The notes below the pieces were generated by a model that searched no databases, was not told where the DNA came from, and was given only the letters and a program-made list of their open reading frames with translations. The position numbers and the translations under genes are program-made. Below, in pieces: positions 26,936-37,666 of a DNA stretch of 64,000 nucleotides. Numbering within the stretch: the stretch's first letter is position 1; each line of letters starts with the position of its first letter. The DNA is from Camelus ferus (lineage: Eukaryota): positions 113,586,001 through 113,650,000 of the forward strand of contig NC_045696.1 of NCBI RefSeq assembly GCF_009834535.1. The letters are read 5' to 3'.

Positions 26936-27499
26936 AAGAGCAAGGAAAGAGGTCATGTTCACTGAGCAGCTGGCAAATGCACCCACGATGCAGGGCGGGA
27001 GTTAAAGGCAGTGCTGAGGAGCGGCACAGGCTGATGTGTGTTTTGGGGAGACACCTGCCCTGCCAGGCATGTGGGGGGTGGGCACGGGGAGGGAGGCAGA
27101 GGAGGGGCTAGGAGAAGATGCTGACGATAAGGGCTTGAACTCAGGCAGTGAGACGTGCAAAGTAGAAGACAGAAGTGAGACCTTCTGAGGTGGGAGACCC
27201 CTTAAGATTTGGAGGAAAAGAGGAGGAGGAGATGAGGAAGGTTTCAAGCCCCTTGGAGAGGATGGTGTAAGGGAGCAGCGGCTGGGGCCGGCAGGGAGTG
27301 GCGGGGAGATGCTGGGATACAGCAGCAGTCTGGCTGTGACCCTGGGCTCCCCTTTCATCTCCAAGGTGTCAGCCAACCTGGCTCATCTTCCCAGAGCGGG
27401 GATTTGAAATCTTGCTGTGACATTTCCACTGAGACACCAGGAAGCAACGGAACATGATCCGAAACCAGATCACAGCAAGCAACATGAATTGAGGGGTTA

Positions 27500-27690
27500 G
27501 TGAGGAGGGGGGAAAGAGAGAGGGAGAGTATGGGGGAGGGGGAGTTTAGGGGAAGGGAGGGAGCACGGAGTGGGGGAGGGAGGAAGCATATGGGGAGGGG
27601 GAGGGGGAGCCAGGGGGAGGGGAAGGCTTGGAGGTTGCGGGGAGGAGCCTGTGAAGGAGACAGAGGAAGTGTGGCGGGAGAGGAGGAGGG
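27500..27690 (+). repeat. G/A-rich low-complexity tract
   Basis: Runs of GGGGA. Confidence 0.8.
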
Positions 27691-27879
27691 GAACTGATTA
27701 TTTAATAACATGAACATGGACCCCAAACTTTCTTCTGCTTACTGTGAAAAAGCCCACCAGATCACAAGGGGTTCCTACTCACTTTCTGACATTCTGGCTT
27801 CGTTTTTTTCTTACATATAAACCAACCCCTATGATTAAAAGTAGAACCCTCCCCACAACCAGCAATTACGAGAGGAGGC

Positions 27880-28095
27880 AGAGTGTACCCCTTAGGGTCC
27901 CATCTTCAAATCTCTGCTCCACCATTTGCCAGCCGTATGACCTCAGGACAGTTACTTCATCTGTGCCTCAGTTTCTCCATCTGTTAAATGGGGGTCATAA
28001 TAGGTCCTACTCCTAGGACTGTTACAAGAGGTAAACATGGTAAAGCTTGATAACGACTTGGCATCATGGTTGGCACTGTGCAAGTGTGTGTTATT
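27880..28095 (+). mobile_element. MIR
   Basis: ctgtgcctcagtttctccatctgttaaatgggg. Confidence 0.8.
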
Positions 28096-28419
28096 AGGCA
28101 GGCTGCTGACCGTGCAGGCCAGCCACAGACTTCTAACTGCCTTGCTGCTGCATGAGTGATGTACAAATTACACTCTCCCAAGCGCAGTTCCTGTGGGCCA
28201 GGAACTTCTGAGGTCCAGGGGCCAGTTTAGCCGTCCAGTTGTTGGTAGATCAGAGCCAGCATGGTTGACCTCAGGAATCCATGACTACTCTCACACATGG
28301 GGGGACTATGGATATGACTGAAGAGGGTGGCTTCGGGAGGAGGGGGGAGAGCCTGAGTCCCCGCAGGATGGTCCTTCTGGACCTCCTCCCCTCCCCCGTC
28401 CCGGCCCAGTCATCTAGTA

Positions 28420-29050
28420 GACCAGGACTTCTCAGCCTTCAACATGCAGACTCAGGACATTGTTAAAATGCAGATTCTGCTAACAACATGGACGAACCTT
28501 GAAAACAAGATGCTGAGTGTCACAAAAGGATAAATACTGTATGAGTCCTCTCTCCGCGGTACTTGGAGTAGTCAAATTCATCAAGACAGAAGTAGAATGC
28601 TGGTTTTCCGGGCCTGGGGAGGCGGGCATGGGGAGTCATTGTTTAATGGGGGCAGAGTCAGTTTTGCAAGATGAAGAGCATTCTGGAGGTGATGGTGACG
28701 GCTGCACGACAATGTAAAAGTACTTGATGTCGTTGAACTGTACTCTTAGAAATCGAGTGTAAGTTTTTTTTTACCTTTTTTTGTTTTTTGGGGGGGCAGG
28801 AGGAGGTAATTAGGTTTATTTATTTATTTATCTTAATGGAGGTGCTGCAGATTGAACCCAGGACCTTGTGCGTGCTAAACACGTGCTCTACCCTTCCCCC
28901 GAGGGTAAGTTTTATCTGTGTATTTTTTTTTACCACAGTGAAAAATTATTTTTTTAAAAATGCAGATTCTGATTCACTATCATAGGATTGGAGCCCGAGA
29001 CTGCATTTCTATAAAACTTCCCGGCAAGGCTGTTGCCATGTGACCACACT
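28420..29050 (+). mobile_element. MER5A split by an L1MB 3' end (~28480-28955), itself carrying a Vic-1-like SINE (~28770-28900, minus)
   Basis: TSD aaaatgcagattctg at ~28465 and ~28957; aacatggacgaaccttgaaaac L1MB motif. Confidence 0.75.
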
Positions 29051-29551
29051 CCGTGCTGAGGATCACATGTTGGGTTACGTTGAGTTACCTTGAGTCAGCA
29101 GTTGCTGCAAAGCTGCCTTTAGCTCCTTTTTCACAATCCTAGCACCTGCTTTGCATTAAAGCTATAGTAACGGCTTAAGTGAAATGGAATTGGACTCTAA
29201 GCCCTTTGAGAGCTCTGGCCTTCTCATTCGACACTCAGAGAAGCTGCCAAGAAAGCTTCCATCACAACAGACACAATCACAGCAAAATCCTTCTATAGCT
29301 GGAATTATTCTCTGGTCCTCTAGGGCTGGGCTACTCGCTAGGAATTGACCCCCAGCCAACCAGCTCATCTGGTCAGTTACTAGGGGGTCCTTCTAACGGG
29401 TCCGAGCCCGAAGCTTTCCTCTGGTTCGCCCAGCAATACGTGGACCACCTCTGTGATGTTCGCTTCTCAGCTTCCCATCTTAGACCAGTAACTGGTGCGT
29501 TTATGGTAGGTGTGCAGTAAATATGCATTGAATGAAAAGAGCTCACACGGC

Positions 29552-29700
29552 AGGGAGGGTACAGCTCAAGTGGTAGAGCGCACGCTAAGCATGCATGAGG
29601 TCCTGGGTTCAATCCCCAGTACTCCCTCCAAAGAGAAATAAATTAACCTAATTACCTTTCCCCCCAAATAATAAAAATACATACATAAAATTTTTAAAAA
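29552..29700 (+). mobile_element. Vic-1-like SINE
   Basis: Head agctcaagtggtagagcg..ggttcaatccccagtac. TSD aaagaRctcacac. Confidence 0.9.
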
Positions 29701-29749
29701 AAGAACTCACACAGAGTGCTCATAAAGCAATCGTCTGAGAACTTTAAAC

Positions 29750-30350
29750 AGTAGATTACATTTTCCAAAAAAGGTCATAAAATATCGCCCTCCTACATGT
29801 TCTTCCTGTAATATGGCCTGGATGTCCTTCCCACGGAGGACTGGGGATTATGTCCTCTCCCTTTGAACCTCAGTGGACTCAGCATGGATCAAATGGGCAT
29901 TTGCAGGGAAAAGTCAAGACCTTTTTGCACAGGTTGTCAAATGCTATGTCTTTGGAGAAAAGATCTTTCTAGAACTGAAGTAGACCTTCTTCTTGTGTTA
30001 GCCAATTATTGCCACAAAAGGCTGCACAACAAACCCCCCATCAGTGGGTTTACAGTACTTTAGTCTCAGGGCCCTGTGGGTGTGCTGGGGGCTGGGAACC
30101 AGGCGGTGCTCAGCTTGGGGTGAGGGGTTGGGCTGCACATGCCTGCTGTCCTTCTCTAGAACGAACGGGCTCGCCTAGATGTGTTCTTGGACGGTGGCAA
30201 AGTCTCAGGAGAGCAAGCCAGGTCCTGCCAGTGCTTCCCAAGCCTCCCTGGCTTCTCACCTGCTTGCATCCCAGGGGTCACAATCCCCACGACTGAACCC
30301 ACAGTCAAAGGAGGAGAAGAGGCTGAATATTTGTAACAATAGCCACAGCT
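29750..30350. mobile_element. Old MLT1 fragments
   Basis: cctctccctttgaac; tgtgttagccaattattgcc..aacaaacccc. Confidence 0.5.
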
Positions 30351-31265
30351 TTTGCAATGTTAACAACATATTTGGGAGCATTTCGAGGTCTCACAAACAT
30401 ATGGTGACCACTTTCTGGTACCACTCAGAACCCAGAGCACACTATTTTCAGAGGCTGTACGGTGCTCCGTCACAGAAATGTATTTCCTCACTCCTCAGTG
30501 GTTGAGCATTTAGGTTGTTTCCTTTTATTGCTGCTGTCATTACTATATTACAAGATCTATGCCCCTAAATCTTAGCTCACATTTCCTGATTGTTTTCTTA
30601 GGATCCAATTTCTGAGAAGAGGAATTTCTGATCAAAGGAACTCAAAGTTTAAAGGCTGCAGACAGAGCATTAATGACAGAGAGCTTTGTTTGAACTCCCT
30701 CCTGGAAAGACTACACACGGACTGGTCTGTACAAGTGGAAACTCACTAATAAACTCTTCATTGTAAAACATGTGAACCTCAGGTAAATCTGGGTGGCATG
30801 AGCCTATTTTGCCTAGGACTGGTCACTCACAAAAATGGGAAATCTAACTTTTACTGGGGAGAGAAATCCTCTGCTGGGACCTGTAATTCAGAGTCAACAC
30901 ATTTATTTTGCAAAGCACTAGGGAGGGGTACAGAGAACCAAATGTGCTTTCTGTGAGAAGAATTTATTTTTTGTTATAGAATTTAATTGCTAAACCGCAC
31001 TTGGTAAGACATGTTACATTTATTTTTTTTAATTAAAGTTCCGGGCCCCCCACTGTCAAAGTTGGTGAGAAGTCCAAATCAGTCAATTTGAGAGGACTCA
31101 CACACACAGACACACACACACTGTCCCCGGCCATATAAATATGTATAACAGGGCACTCAGGTTTTGCACTGAACAGCCACAGGGGGAGTTATCCCATAGA
31201 CTATGACATGAATGGTCCCTTCAAGTTGTGATGCAGGGTAACGCCCCCTACTTCCACCCCACTTC

Positions 31266-31775
31266 TGTTACTGAGTCCAAACTCGTTCTGCTCGCCGCAC
31301 AACAGGCCAATATATCAGGAGACGAGGTGTCGGGACAAAGAATAGCAACTTTATTCAGAAAGCTGGCAGACTGAGAAGATGGGGGACTAATGTCCTAGAG
31401 AACTGTCTTCTCCAAATCAGAATTTGGGATCTTTTTATACTGAAAAGGGGAGAGGGTGTGGTTGGTTGTTGCAAACCTCTTGGTGTCGGAATCCTTTGTT
31501 CTTGCAGCTGTCCACGTGGGTCAGGTCACGGTGTCCCTGTAAACCTCCAACAAGACAAATGTTATTCTCTGTTCTGCAACTTTTTATCTCTATATGAACG
31601 GGAAAGTGTTCCACCCTTAAAGGTCAGAGCCTTGAGAATGGGCTCCCCTGTATATTTCAGGCTCTAGGCAACATTCTTTTAGAAAAGGTGCAGAACCAGC
31701 ATGACTGAGCCCAGGAAACAGAGCACAGGGTCGGAGCCAAACGGACGGACCTAACATGGAGTCAGATTTACTTAC
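31266..31775 (-). mobile_element. ERV1-class solo LTR
   Basis: tgttactgagtccaaactcgttctgctcgccgcacaacaggccaat..actttattc..gagaagatgggggacta. AATAAA on the minus strand. Confidence 0.7.
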
Positions 31776-32134
31776 TGCAGTTAGTTGTACGAGAACCATG
31801 GCGGTCATGCTAGGCGGGGAAGTGGGGATATGCCGGATCTTTGGCTGATGTGATTCCTGATGCATTTGCTTCTTGGCACATCCATCTGAAGTTGGGTATC
31901 TCTGAGGGTAACTCCAGGCGCCCAGCTCAGCTGTGGGCTTTTCACTGACACTCTCAAGGCGAAATCGTTTCCAGCCCAGACCTCACAGGCACCCAGCCAG
32001 CCATCTGTATCCCTGGTCCTGCCCCCTCAGGAAGGGATGCTAGAAGAGTAGTCATGGTCTCTTCCACCCTTGAAGCTCACAGCCACCAACATCCTTCCCT
32101 CAGATATTTCCCATTCACCCCCTGGTGGGCCTCA

Positions 32135-32445
32135 GCGGGGGTTGAAAACTCAGATGCTCACAAGAACTGACAGGTACAAAAATGAATAATGCAAGTGGTC
32201 TAAGACCTTAGGGAGTGGCGGGGACAGTGGTGGATTGAAAAGTTCTTGACTTGGATCTGGCCAATTTTTGCCGTGTGCATATAGGGCCCAGAGATGCTAA
32301 ATCTTGAAGTTCTCCAAGAGAACCCAGAAATTGAGATTTTCACAGGAAATCTCCCACTTTTTGAAAGTTGCAAGGAATATTTAAAATGCACATAAAACAC
32401 TTGGAGCCCAAATCAAGGCTGTCCTGGGCCACCAGTTTGAACTTG
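32135..32445 (+). mobile_element. MER103-like hAT MITE
   Basis: gggttgaaaactcagatgc..ccagaaattgagatttt..gaaatctcccactttt..ccaccagttt. Confidence 0.55.
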
Positions 32446-33431
32446 CTGCCGAGACCTCAGAAAACAAAGGGGGAGGCCAGCTCCCCGTTTTCCCATAGGA
32501 AACACACAGAAAGGCTGTTAGCTCTCCCTGACACTTAGGGAAGTCAGACTTCCAGGCACAAAGGCTGGTTACCTTCTCTGAGGGTGGAGGATGGGAGTGG
32601 GTGGGGAAATACTTTTCATTCTTTCTGGAGGAGCTAGGGAGAAACAAGTCCTTTCTCAGCCAATGTGGTTACTGGAGCACATTACAGTCTCGAGAGTTTG
32701 GGTGGCTGTTAGTTGGCAAGTCAGACATAAATCACGACGTGTAATAATTACATGGTACATTCAGACAGGCCCAGAGCGCGAGCATGCAAATGCCCCTAGG
32801 TGGAGATGCTGGTACCCGAGACAGCTGGAAGGGCTGGGGGCCGGGGGCCAGGTTGACCCAACTGTTAGGCTAAGACTCGTTTGGTTTTTATCCTTCTGCA
32901 ATGAAGGGCCAGCTGAGGATTTCTCTCTGGGGTGTGGTGTGACCAGGGCCGCAGTGCTGAGAGCTGCCCTGTGGATCGATGCTTGTGTCAGGGTGGACTA
33001 GTAAACAAAAGGGGGATGGGTGCAGGCAGATGGGTTCAGAGGCTGCGCAAGCGGTCCAGGTGTGAGTGCAGGGCTGGCGCGAGCGTAAGGAGGGAGAAGG
33101 AAGGAGCTGTCATGTTACAGAAGAATTGGCAGGAAGTGAGGCTCCAGGGAGGGGAAGCAATCAAGATCACAATCTGGGCGGCTTCCTTCTCCCTTCCTCT
33201 CCCAGGTCCCTCAGGAGGGGGAAGGGGGGAAGTGACAGCTTTGAAGGAAGAGGTCTGCACTTTTCCATGCTCACTGTCACCAAAGCATATAGACTAAAAC
33301 TTGTCCTTCCCATCTCAGAGCCATGGTGTTTCAGAGCCCTGCAGTTCTGATGGGCACAGCCATTGACATTCTGTTACCTCTGACGTCAGGATACATTGAA
33401 TAACCCAGGGCATGCCAGGGTTTTCTGGGTG

Positions 33432-33820
33432 GGTGTTAGGGGCTGAATTATATCCCACACAGTTATTTTGTTGAAACCCTAACCCCCAGTCCCTCCGAAT
33501 CTGTCTGTAACTGTAGATAGAGTCTTTAAAGGGCTAGTGAAATTTAAATAAGGTCTTCACGGTGGGTCCTAATCCAATGTGATTGGTGTCCTTCTAAGAA
33601 GAGGAAATTAGGATGCAGACGCACAGGAAAGCAGAAGCTTGTGAAGACACAGGGAGAAGGCAGCCGTCTCACACCAAGGACAGAGGCCTCCAGAAGTAGC
33701 CAACCCAGCTGACACCTTGATCTTGAACTTCCAGCCTCAGGACCATGAGCCAGTAAATGTGTTGTTTAAGCCACCCAGTCTACCATACCTGGGGACGGCC
33801 GTCTTCGCAGACTAGCACAG
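33432..33820 (+). mobile_element. MLT1A0-type LTR
   Basis: gggctgaatt..gggtcctaatccaatgtgattggtgtcc..gacaccttgatcttgaacttccagcctc. Confidence 0.88.
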
Positions 33821-33974
33821 TGGGTGTTTTCTATCTTGATGATATATGACATAGTGGTGTATCTTAAAATTGATGCACCCTACGCATCTTTGTGCCTATG
33901 AATTCGTGTGTTTCATCATTTTCCCTTTTGTTACTTAGCAGTCCTTGTTCATATAAACATTGCTCTAATCAGTC

Positions 33975-34104
33975 CCTTAATCAATTTATCTTCCAAACTG
34001 GGTTAATTTTAAAAGTGAAAAGGGTGGTGCTATTAATAATGACTCAGGGACACCAGGAGTAACCTGGCACCGTCATAGACAAATATGGACACCTGGTAAC
34101 CCTA
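33975..34104 (-). mobile_element. MER81-like hAT-Blackjack MITE
   Basis: tccaaactggg..agtgaaaagggtggtgctattaataat..ggtaacccta. Confidence 0.6.
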
Positions 34105-34302
34105 ACTCTGACCTCCTGGAGAATCTTAGGAGAAGAGCAGGCACCTACCCCAAAGGTACCCTCATCCCTCAGTGTCCCTCTGAATGCCCTGCCCCAGGCC
34201 ACATCTACCCTAGTGACAGCACAAACGAATTCCCCAACGGAAACAGGGAAGCCAGGAGTTCTTTGGTGACACTGATAGCCCTGGGTTCAGGGTGGATCTT
34301 AC

Positions 34303-34450
34303 TGAAAATGCCAGAAAAAATATCTTGGTGGTGTAGTTGGATAAACTCCCCGAAGGCCCTGATGTCATAAGCCCGTCTTTCCCAACCAATCTGCCACAAT
34401 GTAGGAAATTCCCACAAGGCTTCCTCTTTAGAGTTAATGCATCAGAGAGT
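34303..34450 (-). pseudogene. Pseudo-exon, PX-like N-terminal half (..SYIVADW..[fs]..IRAFGEFIQLHHQDIFSGIF)
   Basis: Strong acceptor tttttacttttgtgttttcatcag, donor TCA|gtaaga. 148 nt, phase 0 to 1. Confidence 0.6.
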
Positions 34451-34534
34451 CTGATGAAAACACAAAAGTAAAAATTGTCCCTGAAAAGTGACATGTTCAG
34501 ATATTAAAGCATAACTGACATGGACTAGTCAGGG

Positions 34535-34720
34535 AAAACCACTGAGCACTAACCATGTGTTTTCGATACATCATCCCATTTAATTCTTACAACAAACCCT
34601 CGAGGGTAAATACTGCTACTCCATTTTCCACATGAGGAAACTAGGGCTCAGAGAGGTTAAGAACCTGTCCAGGGCCACACAGCTAAGAGGACTCGCAGGC
34701 AAGCTCACTGACTCTGATGC
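34535..34720 (-). mobile_element. MIR
   Basis: ccattttccacatgaggaaactagggctcagagaggttaag. Confidence 0.8.
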
Positions 34721-34852
34721 TGGTTCTTTCTTCTTTTCTTTCCTTTCTTTCTCAACTAGGTTTTATATGTTTACATAGCTTGCAAATATTTTCTGTATTT
34801 ATCAGGTGCTGTGCTTCATAATATATAAGGACTGGGAGGAAAGGCAGAGAAC

Positions 34853-34970
34853 CAAATGGGCTGATCTGGGAGATGAAGGGACTGGCTTCCTGGTTTTGCC
34901 GGATGCTGGCCCTGCGTTTCCAGTGCTGTGTTTCCCAGAACCTCCTTCTGATTCTGCTTTTTAGTATCCA
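34853..34970 (-). pseudogene. Possible pseudo-exon (SGY*KAESEGGSGKHSTGNAGPASGKTRKPVPSSPRSAHL)
   Basis: Acceptor tttgcctgtctttttcaag. Phase 2 to 0 bridges its neighbours, but the donor is weak (gttctc). Confidence 0.4.
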
Positions 34971-35849
34971 CTTGAAAAAGACAGGCAAACACTCTCCACA
35001 TTTTCCTTTGCTTTCAAAAGGCAAGTATCTTATAGCTAATGGTTTCAATGTTATTGGAGTTATAAGAGACCCAGAAAAAGACGTGCAGGGTGTTATCGAC
35101 CACTTTAACGTGGTTGTAAAACTGGACAGGATTGCTTATTTGGTTCTCATACATAACCATGTTCTGGTAAAGCAATGTTTTTATTCAATTTAAGCAAAAA
35201 AAAAAAAATCACTCTAACACATTTTCAGAGTTACAGGTGCTGATAATAAAATGCTAGGGTGGAAAACAAGACAGATATCTGGAAATACAAAATAAAGGTT
35301 TTTCTACAGCAAAATAGGGGGTTTTCTCCTTTTCTATAGCAAGGCAAATTCCCCATTATCCCACTTGTTATATTTGGGACAAAAATCACCAAATTATTCT
35401 TAGAGCAGATGCGTGATTAGTTCTGCACTGTCTAACTTACTCAGGTTTCAGACCCTTCAACTTGTTTCCCCTAAAGAAATCGATGTTTAACGTTCTCACT
35501 CACATGTCCTGAGCTCTGTTTTTAAGGAAATACTTGCAGAAAAAGCAGTTCCACTTTGCCCATTCTTCAGGGACCACATGGAAAGAGACACGTCAAGCTT
35601 TCAAAGGGAGACAGTACAAACACCTAGTGTTCAGCAAATGTATATTAATAATAGTTCCCAACAAAGACACAGGGTGCCACCTGTGAGTTGTCTTTTCCTC
35701 CTGCAATTTCCTGACAGCCCAGAGTTCTATTACTTGGCGGCAACTTGGAGGCAACGTTGGCAGTTTCACATTCACTTTCAGGCCCCTGGCATTCCAGTGT
35801 TAAATGGATGGTGTGACAGGTGCCCTAGAAATGCTCAACACTTCTGGTG

Positions 35850-36180
35850 GGGAAAGAGGTGGAGGGAAGGGGGAGGGAGGGAGGAGGGGGGGGAGGGAAG
35901 AGAGCGGGAGGAGGGAGAGGGATGGATGTTGGAGGGAAGAGGCCAGGGAGGGAGGAGGAGGAGAAGGGAAGGGCAGGGGGAGGGAAGGGAGGAGGGAATG
36001 GAGAGGGCAAGAGGGCCCGAGGAGGAGGAAGATGGCGTGACGGGAGGAGGGAGGAAGTGGAGGGCGGAGGGAGGAGGGAAGTGGGAGGGAGGAGGGAGGG
36101 AAGGGAGAGGGAGGGGAAGGAGGGATGGGAGGGAGGGAGGGCGGAGCACGAGAGGAAGGAAGCGGGGTGCGGAGGGAAGC
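35850..36180 (+). repeat. Polypurine (GGA/GGGA) low-complexity tract
   Basis: About 330 nt, almost all G/A. Confidence 0.9.
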
Positions 36181-37052
36181 TGGAAAACATTTTCTAAAGA
36201 ATCTGTCATTTCTAATGATTAATGAAACCTGGAGAAATAAAACCCAAACCAGATTTGGTTGAAAGTCCAGGCAACCTAGCGCTTGACCTTGAGCCTGGGG
36301 ACTCCTGTGTCCCCTCCAGCCCGTAGTTTCTTGCTACTCATTGGCATCTCACCAGACGGTAGGCTGTGAGGAGTGAAACTTAGCTCAGTCATTAATTTCT
36401 TGGTGTTTCAGCCGCTCTTGAATCTCCCAGTTGAGGGAGCAGGCTAAAACGAATGGCCAGAACTGGTTATTTGGATTACCTCAGGTTTCACAAACACATT
36501 TTTTTTTTTTTAATGAGCTTGGGTGGGCAATTGAGAATGCGATCTTAGGAAGAAAGTTTCCCTATTTTAAATGACTTTAGGGGTGCGGGACCTGGTTAGA
36601 TAAGAGAAGGCTGGTGTGAGAGTGGAAATGACAGAGATGCGTAATTTGACAATTCATGGCAGAGCTGCACCTAGATCTCGCAATTTTTACCTCATTTGTC
36701 TTCGTGCCTTGGCTTTAGTCTTTTTCTGGTGGTGGTTGCCAGAGGTGGGTGGTCAGGGACTCTACGACCCAGACAAAAGCTTACATGTAAGACTTTTAAG
36801 TTTTAAAGCTTTCTTGGCTCTCCAAAGAAAAGCACTCTGCCAAAATCTATCTGTCACGTATGCGATCTTAGTGACACTATAGTATTAATTTGGGATTCAG
36901 CTTCCTGTTTTTGTAAAATGATGAGCTTTGCCTCTTTAACTGCTATTTTGTCAGGGTGTGGGTGTGTGTGCTTAACTCTTACTACTATTGTGGGTACAGG
37001 CGGGTAATGTGTTCAAAGGTGGGGCAAGTTAAACTTTTCTTCTCTCCGCATT

Positions 37053-37666
37053 GCGGCCTGAAAAAAAATGTACAACCTAAAAGTTGAGAATTATGTTTTA
37101 TTCCATGGACTTCTGAGGACATATGCCCGGGAGGCAGTCTCTCAGACAGCAATGAAAGACTGCTCCAAAGAGATAAGGGAGGAGCCAGGAGATATAGGGG
37201 GGTCTTCCAACAACGACCAGGTAGTTGAAACATCAAAAGATTGTTAATTAAAGAAAATGAGGGGGAGGGTATAGCTTCAGTGGTGGAGTGCATGCTTAGT
37301 ATGCACGAAGTCCTAGGTTCAATCCCCAGTATCTCCATTAAAATAAATAAGTAAATAAATAAACTGAATTTTCTGCCTCCCCTGACCAAAAAAAAAGAAA
37401 AAACCTAAACAAAACAAAAATTAAAAAACTCAGACATCCCAAGTTAATGAATTTAGCACTTTTCTATGTATGGGAAGATGCAAGTGTCTGTGCTCATTGA
37501 AATCATTCCTCTGATGTGCCCCTTAACTACGTGGAGCCAGTACCTTGTTTTTTTTCTATCCTGAATTCCCTTAGGATGCACAGTTGGGGCAAGTGCAGTG
37601 GCTGATGGCTTGATGGCCGCAATATTCTCTGTTTACTGTTATGGCAGGTGACAGTTTTCGTCCATA
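37053..37666 (-). mobile_element. ERV1-class solo LTR with nested Vic-1-like SINE (37260-37428, plus)
   Basis: aaaagttgagaattatgttttatt..gactgctccaaagagataagggaggagccagg..tatgggaagatgcaag. Confidence 0.75.

Noticed and set aside
35578..36222. Longest ORF (214 aa) and overlapping Pro-rich/Gly-rich ORFs
   Set aside because: They arise from the stop-free polypurine tract and show no domain or splice context.
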